Assembly (NCBI GenBank): GCA_964276515.1
Contig: OZ193910.1
Span: forward strand, 7,068,001-7,132,000
Length of the DNA stretch: 64,000 nt
Direction: 5' to 3'
DNA from: Gordius albopunctatus
Taxonomy: Eukaryota
Both the position numbers and the translations under genes were made by a program. Of this stretch, positions 12,201-25,000 are shown piece by piece; the first letter of the stretch is position 1; every line of letters begins with the position of its first letter. The notes under the pieces are model-generated. The model was not told where the DNA came from. It searched no databases and saw only the letters and a list, made by a program, of their open reading frames with translations.

Positions 12201-15200
12201 GATTAAAAATTCTTATAAGGAGTCGATCGAGAAAAATAGGATTCTCAAATGAGCTTACTTTTTTATATTTTTTCAAGCTCTTTTACATAAAATAACAAAA
12301 AATATATTTTTTCAGGTTAAAATAATTCACAATTTTTTCCTTTCAACCATATTCAACCGATGAAAGTTTTTATTTTCAGACGTGATTTCCATGATAAAAA
12401 GTCAAAATTTATCAGAATTAGAGAACTATTACTTTTAAATCATCATCGCATAGAGCATTTTTCAAAGATTAAGCACTCACGTTGCGATACAACAAACTAA
12501 TCGCAACAATATAACGTTGTCTTTTCTCAAAATGATTGTTCTCGCAGATTAAAAATTGTTATAAGGAGTCGATCGAGAATAATAGGATTCTCAAATGAGC
12601 TTACTTTTATATATTTTTTCAAGCTCTTTTACATAAAATAACAAAAAATATATTTTTTCAGGTTAAAATAATTCATAATTTTTTCCTTCCAAACATATTC
12701 ATCCGATAAAAGTTGTTATTTTCAGACGTGATTTCCATGATAAAAGTTAAAATTTATCAGAATTAGAAAACTATTACTTTTAAATCATCATCGCATAGAG
12801 CATTTTTCAAAGATTAAGCACTCACGTTGCGATACAACAAACTAATCGCAACAATATAACGTTGTCTTTTCTCAAAATGATAGTTCTCGCAGCTTGAAAC
12901 TTCTTATATGGAGTCGATCGAGAAAAATAGGATTCTCAAATGAGCTTACTTTTTTATATTTTTTCAAGCTCTTTTACATAAAATAACAAAAAATATATTT
13001 TTTCAGGTTAAAATAATTCACAATTTTTTCCTTTCAACCATATTCAACCGATGAAAGTTTTTATTTTCAGACGTGATTTCCATGATAAAAAGTCAAAATT
13101 TATCAGAATTAGAGAACTATTACTTTTAAATCATCATCGCATAGAGCATTTTTCAAAGATTAAGCACTCACGTTGCGATACAACAAACTAATCGCAAAAA
13201 TATAACGTTGTCTTTTCTCAAAATGATAGTTCTCGCAGCTTGAAACTTCTTATATGGAGTCGATCGAGAAAAATAGGATTCTCAAATGAGCTTACTTTTT
13301 TATATTTTTTCAAGCTCTTTTACATAAAATAACAAAAAATATATTTTTCAGGGTAAAATAATTCACAATTTTTTCCTTTCAACCATATTCAACCGATGAA
13401 AGTTTTTATTTTCAGACGTGATTTCCATGATAAAAAGTCAAAATTTATCAGAATTAGAGAACTATTACTTTTAAATCATCATCGCATAGAGCATTTTTCA
13501 AAGATTAAGCACTCACGTTGCGATACAACAAACTAATCGCAACAATATAACGTTGTCTTTTCTCAAAATGATAGTTCTCGCAGCTTGAAACTTCTTATAT
13601 GGAGTCGATCGAGAAAAATAGGATTCTCAAATGAGCTTACTTTTTTATATTTTTTCAAGCTCTTTTACATAAAATAACAAAAAATATATTTTTCAGGTTA
13701 AAATAATTCACAATTTTTTCCTTTCAACCATATTCAACCGATGAAAGTTTTTATTTTCAGACGTGATTTCCATGATAAAAAGTCAAAATTTATCAGAATT
13801 AGAGAACTATTACTTTTAAATCATCATCGCATAGAGCATTTTTCAAAGATTAAGCACTCACGTTGCGATACAACAAACTAATCGCAACAATATAACGTTG
13901 TCTTTTCTCAAAATGATTGTTCTCGCAGATTAAAAATTGTTATAAGGAGTCGATCGAGAATAATAGGATTCTCAAATGAGCTTACTTTTATATATTTTTT
14001 CAAGCTCTTTTACATAAAATAACAAAAAATATATTTTTTCAGGTTAAAATAATTCATAATTTTTTCCTTCCAAACATATTCATCCGATAAAAGTTGTTAT
14101 TTTCAGACGTGATTTCCATGATAAAAGTTAAAATTTATCAGAATTAGAAAACTATTACTTTTAAATCATCATCGCATAGAGCATGTTTCAAAGATTAAGC
14201 ACTCACGTTGCGATACAACAAACTAATCGCAACAATATAACGTTGTCTTTTCTCAAATGATAGTTCTCGCAGCTTGAAACTTCTTATATGGAGTCGATCG
14301 AGAAAAATAGGATTCTCAAATGAGCTTACTTTTTTATATTTTTTCAAGCACTTTTACATAAAATAACAAAAAATATATTTTTCAGGTTAAAATAATTCAC
14401 AATTTTTTCCTTTCAACCATATTCAACCGATGAAAGTTTTTATTTTCTGACGTGATTTCCATGATAAAAAGTCAAAATTTATCAGAATTAGAAAACTATT
14501 ACTTTTAAATCATCATCGCATAGAGCATGTTTCAAAGATTAAGCACTCACGTTGCGATACAACAAACTAATCGCAACAATATAACGTTGTCTTTTCTCAA
14601 AATGATAGTTCTCGCAGCTTGAAACTTCTTATATGGAGTCGATCGAGAAAAATAGGATTCTCAAATGAGCTTACTTTTTTATATTTTTTCAAGCTCTTTT
14701 ACATAAAATAACAAAAAATATATTTTTCAGGTTAAAATAATTCACAATTTTTTCCTTTCAACCATATTCAACCGATGAAAGTTTTTATTTTCAGACGTGA
14801 TTTCCATGATAAAAAGTCAAAATTTATCAGAATTAGAAAACTATTACTTTTAAATCATCATCGCATAGAGCATTTTTCAAAAATTAGGCACTCACGTTGC
14901 GATACAACAAACTAATCGCAACAATATAACGTTGTCTTTTCTCAAAATGATAGTTCTCGCAGCTTGAAACTTCTTATATGGAGTCGATCGAGAAAAATAG
15001 GATTCTCAAATGAGCTTAATTTTTTATATTTTTTCAAGCTCTTTTACATAAAATAACAAAAAATATGATTTTTCAGGTTAAAATAATTCACAATTTTTTC
15101 CTTTCATTCATATTCAACCGATGAAAGTTTTTATTTTCAGACGTGATTTCCATGATAAAAAGTCAAAATTTATCAGAATTAGAGAACTATTACTTTTAAA

Positions 15201-16454
15201 TCATCATCGCATAGAGCATTTTTCAAAGATTAAGCACTCACGTTGCGATACAACAAACTAATCGCAACAATATAACGTTGTCTTTTCTCAAAATGATTGT
15301 TCTCGCAGATTAAAAATTGTTATAAGGAGTCGATCGAGAATAATAGGATTCTCAAATGAGCTTACTTTTATATATTTTTTCAAGCTCACTTAGATAAAAT
15401 AACAAAAAATATATTTTTTCAGGTTAAAATACTTCACAATTTTTTCCTTTCAAATCATATTCATCCGATGAAAGTTGTTATTTTCAGACGTGATTTCCAT
15501 GATAAAAAGTTAAAATTTATCAGAATTAGAGAACTATTACTTTGAAATCATCATCGCATAGAGCATTTTTCAAAAATTAAGCACTCACGTTGCGATACAA
15601 CAAACTAATCGCAACAATATAACGTTGTCTTTTCTCAAAATGATAGTTCTCGCAGCTTGAAACTTCTTATATGGAGTCGATCGAGAAAAATAGGATTCTC
15701 AAATGAGCTTACTTTTTTATATTTTTTCAAGCTCTTTTACATAAAATAACAAAAAATATATTTTTCAGGTTAAAATAATTCACAATTTTTTCCTTTCAAC
15801 CATATTCAACCGATGAAAGTTTTTATTTTCAGACGTGATTTCCATGATAAAAAGTCAAAATTTATCAGAATTAGAGAACTATTACTTTTAAATCATCATC
15901 GCATAGAGCATTTTTCAAAAATTAAGCACTCACGTTGCGATACAACAAACTAATCGCAACAATATAACGTTGTCTTTTCTCAAAATGATTGTTCTCGCAG
16001 ATTAAAAATTGTTATAAGGAGTCGATCGAGAATAATAGGATTCTCAAATTAGCTTATTTTTATATATTTTATCAAGCTCTTTTATATAAAATAATAAAAA
16101 ATATATTATTTAGCTCCGAATAACTCTTATTTTTCCATTCAACCATATTCATCCAATGAAAGTTTTATTTTCCGACCTGATTTCCATGATAAAAAGTTAA
16201 AATTTATCAGAATTAGAGAACTATTATTTAAAATCATCATCGCATAGAGCATGTTTCAAAAATTAAGCACTCACTTTGCGATACAACAAACTAATCGCAA
16301 CAATATAACGTTGTTTTTTCTCAAAATGATTGTTCTCGCAGATTAAAAATTCTTATAAGGAGTCGATCGAGAAAAATAGGATTCTCAAATGAGCTTACTT
16401 TTTTATATTTTTTCAAGCTCTTTTACATAAAATAACAAAAAATATATTTTTTCA

Positions 16455-19013
16455 GGTTAAAATAATTCACAATTTTTTCCTTTCAACCATATTCAACCGA
16501 TGAAAGTTTTTATTTTCAGACGTGATTTCCATGATAAAAAGTCAAAATTTATCAGAATTAGAGAACTATTACTTTTAAATCATCATCGCATAGAGCATTT
16601 TTCAAAGATTAAGCACTCACGTTGCGATACAACAAACTAATCGCAACAATATAACGTTGTCTTTTCTCAAAATGATTGTTCTCGCAGATTAAAAATTGTT
16701 ATAAGGAGTCGATCGAGAATAATAGGATTCTCAAATGAGCTTACTTTTATATATTTTTTCAAGCTCTTTTACATAAAATAACAAAAAATATATTTTTTCA
16801 GGTTAAAATAATTCATAATTTTTTCCTTCCAAACATATTCATCCGATAAAAGTTGTTATTTTCAGACGTGATTTCCATGATAAAAGTTAAAATTTATCAG
16901 AATTAGAAAACTATTACTTTTAAATCATCATCGCATAGAGCATTTTTCAAAGATTAAGCACTCACGTTGCGATACAACAAACTAATCGCAACAATATAAC
17001 GTTGTCTTTTCTCAAAATGATAGTTCTCGCAGCTTGAAACTTCTTATATGGAGTCGATCGAGAAAAATAGGATTCTCAAATGAGCTTACTTTTTTATATT
17101 TTTTCAAGCTCTTTTACATAAAATAACAAAAAATATATTTTTCAGGGTAAAATAATTCACAATTTTTTCCTTTCAACCATATTCAACCGATGAAAGTTTT
17201 TATTTTCAGACGTGATTTCCATGATAAAAAGTCAAAATTTATCAGAATTAGAGAACTATTACTTTTAAATCATCATCGCATAGAGCATTTTTCAAAGATT
17301 AAGCACTCACGTTGCGATACAACAAACTAATCGCAACAATATAACGTTGTCTTTTCTCAAAATGATAGTTCTCGCAGCTTGAAACTTCTTATATGGAGTC
17401 GATCGAGAAAAATAGGATTCTCAAATGAGCTTACTTTTTTATATTTTTTCAAGCTCTTTTACATAAAATAACAAAAAATATATTTTTCAGGTTAAAATAA
17501 TTCACAATTTTTTCCTTTCAACCATATTCAACCGATGAAAGTTTTTATTTTCAGACGTGATTTCCATGATAAAAAGTCAAAATTTATCAGAATTAGAGAA
17601 CTATTACTTTTAAATCATCATCGCATAGAGCATTTTTCAAAGATTAAGCACTCACGTTGCGATACAACAAACTAATCGCAACAATATAACGTTGTCTTTT
17701 CTCAAAATGATTGTTCTCGCAGATTAAAAATTGTTATAAGGAGTCGATCGAGAATAATAGGATTCTCAAATGAGCTTACTTTTATATATTTTTTCAAGCT
17801 CTTTTACATAAAATAACAAAAAATATATTTTTTCAGGTTAAAATAATTCATAATTTTTTCCTTCCAAACATATTCATCCGATAAAAGTTGTTATTTTCAG
17901 ACGTGATTTCCATGATAAAAGTTAAAATTTATCAGAATTAGAAAACTATTACTTTTAAATCATCATCGCATAGAGCATTTTTCAAAGATTAAGCACTCAC
18001 GTTGCGATACAACAAACTAATCGCAACAATATAACGTTGTCTTTTCTCAAAATGATAGTTCTCGCAGCTTGAAACTTCTTATATGGAGTCGATCGAGAAA
18101 AATAGGATTCTCAAATGAGCTTACTTTTTTATATTTTTTCAAGCTCTTTTACATAAAATAACAAAAAATATATTTTTCAGGGTAAAATAATTCACAATTT
18201 TTTCCTTTCAACCATATTCAACCGATGAAAGTTTTTATTTTCAGACGTGATTTCCATGATAAAAAGTCAAAATTTATCAGAATTAGAGAACTATTACTTT
18301 TAAATCATCATCGCATAGAGCATTTTTCAAAGATTAAGCACTCACGTTGCGATACAACAAACTAATCGCAACAATATAACGTTGTCTTTTCTCAAAATGA
18401 TAGTTCTCGCAGCTTGAAACTTCTTATATGGAGTCGATCGAGAAAAATAGGATTCTCAAATGAGCTTACTTTTTTATATTTTTTCAAGCTCTTTTACATA
18501 AAATAACAAAAAATATATTTTTCAGGTTAAAATAATTCACAATTTTTTCCTTTCAACCATATTCAACCGATGAAAGTTTTTATTTTCAGACGTGATTTCC
18601 ATGATAAAAAGTCAAAATTTATCAGAATTAGAGAACTATTACTTTTAAATCATCATCGCATAGAGCATTTTTCAAAGATTAAGCACTCACGTTGCGATAC
18701 AACAAACTAATCGCAACAATATAACGTTGTCTTTTCTCAAAATGATTGTTCTCGCAGATTAAAAATTGTTATAAGGAGTCGATCGAGAATAATAGGATTC
18801 TCAAATGAGCTTACTTTTATATATTTTTTCAAGCTCTTTTACATAAAATAACAAAAAATATATTTTTTCAGGTTAAAATAATTCATAATTTTTTCCTTCC
18901 AAACATATTCATCCGATAAAAGTTGTTATTTTCAGACGTGATTTCCATGATAAAAGTTAAAATTTATCAGAATTAGAAAACTATTACTTTTAAATCATCA
19001 TCGCATAGAGCAT
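16455..19013 (+). repeat. Local higher-order repeat, 3-monomer unit (1035 bp), ~2.5 copies
   Basis: Marker CCAAACAT at 16829, 17864 and 18899, and marker CAGGGTAAA at ~17145 and ~18180, all spaced by 1035 bp. Confidence 0.85.
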
Positions 19014-22000
19014 GTTTCAAAGATTAAGCACTCACGTTGCGATACAACAAACTAATCGCAACAATATAACGTTGTCTTTTCTCAAATGATAGTTCTCGCA
19101 GCTTGAAACTTCTTATATGGAGTCGATCGAGAAAAATAGGATTCTCAAATGAGCTTACTTTTTTATATTTTTTCAAGCACTTTTACATAAAATAACAAAA
19201 AATATATTTTTCAGGTTAAAATAATTCACAATTTTTTCCTTTCAACCATATTCAACCGATGAAAGTTTTTATTTTCTGACGTGATTTCCATGATAAAAAG
19301 TCAAAATTTATCAGAATTAGAAAACTATTACTTTTAAATCATCATCGCATAGAGCATGTTTCAAAGATTAAGCACTCACGTTGCGATACAACAAACTAAT
19401 CGCAACAATATAACGTTGTCTTTTCTCAAAATGATAGTTCTCGCAGCTTGAAACTTCTTATATGGAGTCGATCGAGAAAAATAGGATTCTCAAATGAGCT
19501 TACTTTTTTATATTTTTTCAAGCTCTTTTACATAAAATAACAAAAAATATATTTTTCAGGTTAAAATAATTCACAATTTTTTCCTTTCAACCATATTCAA
19601 CCGATGAAAGTTTTTATTTTCAGACGTGATTTCCATGATAAAAAGTCAAAATTTATCAGAATTAGAAAACTATTACTTTTAAATCATCATCGCATAGAGC
19701 ATTTTTCAAAAATTAGGCACTCACGTTGCGATACAACAAACTAATCGCAACAATATAACGTTGTCTTTTCTCAAAATGATAGTTCTCGCAGCTTGAAACT
19801 TCTTATATGGAGTCGATCGAGAAAAATAGGATTCTCAAATGAGCTTAATTTTTTATATTTTTTCAAGCTCTTTTACATAAAATAACAAAAAATATGATTT
19901 TTCAGGTTAAAATAATTCACAATTTTTTCCTTTCATTCATATTCAACCGATGAAAGTTTTTATTTTCAGACGTGATTTCCATGATAAAAAGTCAAAATTT
20001 ATCAGAATTAGAGAACTATTACTTTTAAATCATCATCGCATAGAGCATTTTTCAAAGATTAAGCACTCACGTTGCGATACAACAAACTAATCGCAACAAT
20101 ATAACGTTGTCTTTTCTCAAAATGATTGTTCTCGCAGATTAAAAATTGTTATAAGGAGTCGATCGAGAATAATAGGATTCTCAAATGAGCTTACTTTTAT
20201 ATATTTTTTCAAGCTCACTTAGATAAAATAACAAAAAATATATTTTTTCAGGTTAAAATACTTCACAATTTTTTCCTTTCAAATCATATTCATCCGATGA
20301 AAGTTGTTATTTTCAGACGTGATTTCCATGATAAAAAGTTAAAATTTATCAGAATTAGAGAACTATTACTTTGAAATCATCATCGCATAGAGCATTTTTC
20401 AAAAATTAAGCACTCACGTTGCGATACAACAAACTAATCGCAACAATATAACGTTGTCTTTTCTCAAAATGATAGTTCTCGCAGCTTGAAACTTCTTATA
20501 TGGAGTCGATCGAGAAAAATAGGATTCTCAAATGAGCTTACTTTTTTATATTTTTTCAAGCTCTTTTACATAAAATAACAAAAAATATATTTTTCAGGTT
20601 AAAATAATTCACAATTTTTTCCTTTCAACCATATTCAACCGATGAAAGTTTTTATTTTCAGACGTGATTTCCATGATAAAAAGTCAAAATTTATCAGAAT
20701 TAGAGAACTATTACTTTTAAATCATCATCGCATAGAGCATTTTTCAAAGATTAAGCACTCACGTTGCGATACAACAAACTAATCGCAACAATATAACGTT
20801 GTCTTTTCTCAAAATGATTGTTCTCGCAGATTAAAAATTGTTATAAGGAGTCGATCGAGAATAATAGGATTCTCAAATGAGCTTACTTTTATATATTTTT
20901 TCAAGCTCTTTTACATAAAATAACAAAAAATATATTTTTTCAGGTTAAAATAATTCATAATTTTTTCCTTCCAAACATATTCATCCGATAAAAGTTGTTA
21001 TTTTCAGACGTGATTTCCATGATAAAAAGTCAAAATTTATCAGAATTAGAGAACTATTACTTTTAAATCATCATCGCATAGAGCATTTTTCAAAGATTAA
21101 GCACTCACGTTGCGATACAACAAACTAATCGCAACAATATAACGTTGTCTTTTCTCAAAATGATAGTTCTCGCAGCTTGAAACTTCTTATATGGAGTCGA
21201 TCGAGAAAAATAGGATTCTCAAATGAGCTTACTTTTTTATATTTTTTCAAGCTCTTTTACATAAAATAACAAAAAATATATTTTTCAGGTTAAAATAATT
21301 CACAATTTTTTCCTTTCAACCATATTCAACCGATGAAAGTTTTTATTTTCAGACGTGATTTCCATGATAAAAAGTCAAAATTTATCAGAATTAGAGAACT
21401 ATTACTTTTAAATCATCATCGCATAGAGCATTTTTCAAAGATTAAGCACTCACGTTGCGATACAACAAACTAATCGCAACAATATAACGTTGTCTTTTCT
21501 CAAAATGATTGTTCTCGCAGATTAAAAATTGTTATAAGGAGTCGATCGAGAATAATAGGATTCTCAAATGAGCTTACTTTTATATATTTTTTCAAGCTCT
21601 TTTACATAAAATAACAAAAAAAATATTTTTTCAGGTTAAAATAATTCATAATTTTTTCCTTCCAAACATATTCATCCGATAAAAGTTGTTATTTTCAGAC
21701 GTGATTTCCATGATAAAAGTTAAAATTTATCAGAATTAGAAAACTATTACTTTTAAATCATCATCGCATAGAGCATGTTTCAAAGATTAAGCACTCACGT
21801 TGCGATACAACAAACTAATCGCAACAATATAACGTTGTCTTTTCTCAAATGATAGTTCTCGCAGCTTGAAACTTCTTATATGGAGTCGATCGAGAAAAAT
21901 AGGATTCTCAAATGAGCTTACTTTTTTATATTTTTTCAAGCACTTTTACATAAAATAACAAAAAATATATTTTTCAGGTTAAAATAATTCACAATTTTTT

Positions 22001-25000
22001 CCTTTCAACCATATTCAACCGATGAAAGTTTTTATTTTCTGACGTGATTTCCATGATAAAAAGTCAAAATTTATCAGAATTAGAAAACTATTACTTTTAA
22101 ATCATCATCGCATAGAGCATGTTTCAAAGATTAAGCACTCACGTTGCGATACAACAAACTAATCGCAACAATATAACGTTGTCTTTTCTCAAATGATAGT
22201 TCTCGCAGCTTGAAACTTCTTATATGGAGTCGATCGAGAAAAATAGGATTCTCAAATGAGCTTACTTTTTTATATTTTTTCAAGCACTTTTACATAAAAT
22301 AACAAAAAATATATTTTTCAGGTTAAAATAATTCACAATTTTTTCCTTTCAACCATATTCAACCGATGAAAGTTTTTATTTTCTGACGTGATTTCCATGA
22401 TAAAAAGTCAAAATTTATCAGAATTAGAAAACTATTATATGAAATCATCATCGCATAGAGCATGTTTCAAAAATTAAGCACTCACTTTGCGATACAACAA
22501 ACTAATCGCAACAATATAACGTTGTTTTTTCTCAAAATGATTGTTCTCGCAGATTAAAAATTCTTATAAGGAGTCGATCGAGAATAATAGGATTCTCAAA
22601 TGAGCTTACTTTTATATATTTTTTCAAGCTCTTTTAGATAAAATAACAAAAAATATATTTTTTAGGTTAAAATACTTCACAATTTTTTCCTTTCAACAAT
22701 ATTCAACCGATGAAAGTTTTTATTTTCAGACGTGATTTCCATGATAAAAAGTCAAAATTTATCAGAATTAGAAAACTATTACTTTTAAATCATCATCGCA
22801 TAGAGCATGTTTCAAAGATTAAGCACTCACGTTGCGATACAACAATCTAATCGCAACAATATAACGTTGTCTTTTCTCAAAATGATAGTTCTCGCAGCGT
22901 AAAAATTCTTATAAGGAGTCGATCGATAATAATACGATTCTCAAATTAGCTTATTTTTATATATTTTATCAAGCTCCTTTATATAAAATAATAAAAAATA
23001 TATTATTTAGCTCCGAATAACTCACAATTTTTTCCATTCAACCATATTCATCCAATGAAAGTTTTATTTTCCGACCTGATTTCCATGATAAAAAGTTAAA
23101 ATTTATCAGAATTATAGAACTATTATTTAAAATCATCATCGCATAGAGCATGTTTCAAAAATTAAGCACTCACTTTGCGATACAACAAACTAATCGCAAC
23201 AATATAACGTTGTTTTTTCTCAAAATGATTGTTCTCGCAGATTAAAAATTCTTATAAGGAGTCGATCGAGAAAAATAGGATTCTCAAATGAGCTTACTTT
23301 TTTATATTTTTTCAAGCTCTTTTACATAAAATAACAAAAAATATATTTTTTCAGGTTAAAATAATTCACAATTTTTTCCTTTCAACCATATTCAACCGAT
23401 GAAAGTTTTTATTTTCAGACGAGATTTCCATGATAAAAAGTCAAAATTTATCAGAATTAGAGAACTATTATTTGAAATCATCATCGCATAGAGCATGTTT
23501 CAAAGATTAAGCACTCACGTTGCGATACAACAAACTAATCGCAACAATATAACGTTGTCTTTTCTCAAAATGATAGTTCTCGTAGCGTAAAAATTCTTAT
23601 AAGGAGTCGATCGAGAATAATACGATTCTCAAATTAGCTTATTTTTATATATTTTATCAAGCTCTTTTATATAAAATAATAAAAAATATATTATTTAGCT
23701 CCGAATAACTCACAATTTTTTCCATTCAACCATATTCATCCAATGAAAGTTTTATTTTCCGACCTGATTTCCATGATAAAAAGTTAAAATTTATCAGAAT
23801 TAGAGAACTATTATTTAAAATCATCATCGCATAGAGCATGTTTCAAAAATTAAGCACTCACTTTGCGATACAACAAACTAATCGCAACAATATAACGTTG
23901 TTTTTTCTCAAAATGATTGTTCTCGCAGATTAAAAATTCTTATAAGGAGTCGATCGAGAAAAATAGGATTCTCAAATGAGCTTACTTTTTTATATTTTTT
24001 CAAGCTCTTTTACATAAAATAACAAAAAATATATTTTTTCAGGTTAAAATAATTCACAATTTTTTCCTTTCAACCATATTCAACCGATGAAAGTTTTTAT
24101 TTTCAGACGTGATTTCCATGATAAAAAGTCAAAATTTATCAGAATTAGAGAACTATTACTTTTAAATCATCATCGCATAGAGCATTTTTCAAAGATTAAG
24201 CACTCACGTTGCGATACAACAAACTAATCGCAACAATATAACGTTGTCTTTTCTCAAAATGATTGTTCTCGCAGATTAAAAATTGTTATAAGGAGTCGAT
24301 CGAGAATAATAGGATTCTCAAATGAGCTTACTTTTATATATTTTTTCAAGCTCTTTTACATAAAATAACAAAAAATATATTTTTTCAGGTTAAAATAATT
24401 CATAATTTTTTCCTTCCAAACATATTCATCCGATAAAAGTTGTTATTTTCAGACGTGATTTCCATGATAAAAGTTAAAATTTATCAGAATTAGAAAACTA
24501 TTACTTTTAAATCATCATCGCATAGAGCATTTTTCAAAGATTAAGCACTCACGTTGCGATACAACAAACTAATCGCAACAATATAACGTTGTCTTTTCTC
24601 AAAATGATAGTTCTCGCAGCTTGAAACTTCTTATATGGAGTCGATCGAGAAAAATAGGATTCTCAAATGAGCTTACTTTTTTATATTTTTTCAAGCTCTT
24701 TTACATAAAATAACAAAAAATATATTTTTTCAGGTTAAAATAATTCACAATTTTTTCCTTTCAACCATATTCAACCGATGAAAGTTTTTATTTTCAGACG
24801 TGATTTCCATGATAAAAAGTCAAAATTTATCAGAATTAGAGAACTATTACTTTTAAATCATCATCGCATAGAGCATTTTTCAAAGATTAAGCACTCACGT
24901 TGCGATACAACAAACTAATCGCAACAATATAACGTTGTCTTTTCTCAAAATGATAGTTCTCGCAGCTTGAAACTTCTTATATGGAGTCGATCGAGAAAAA

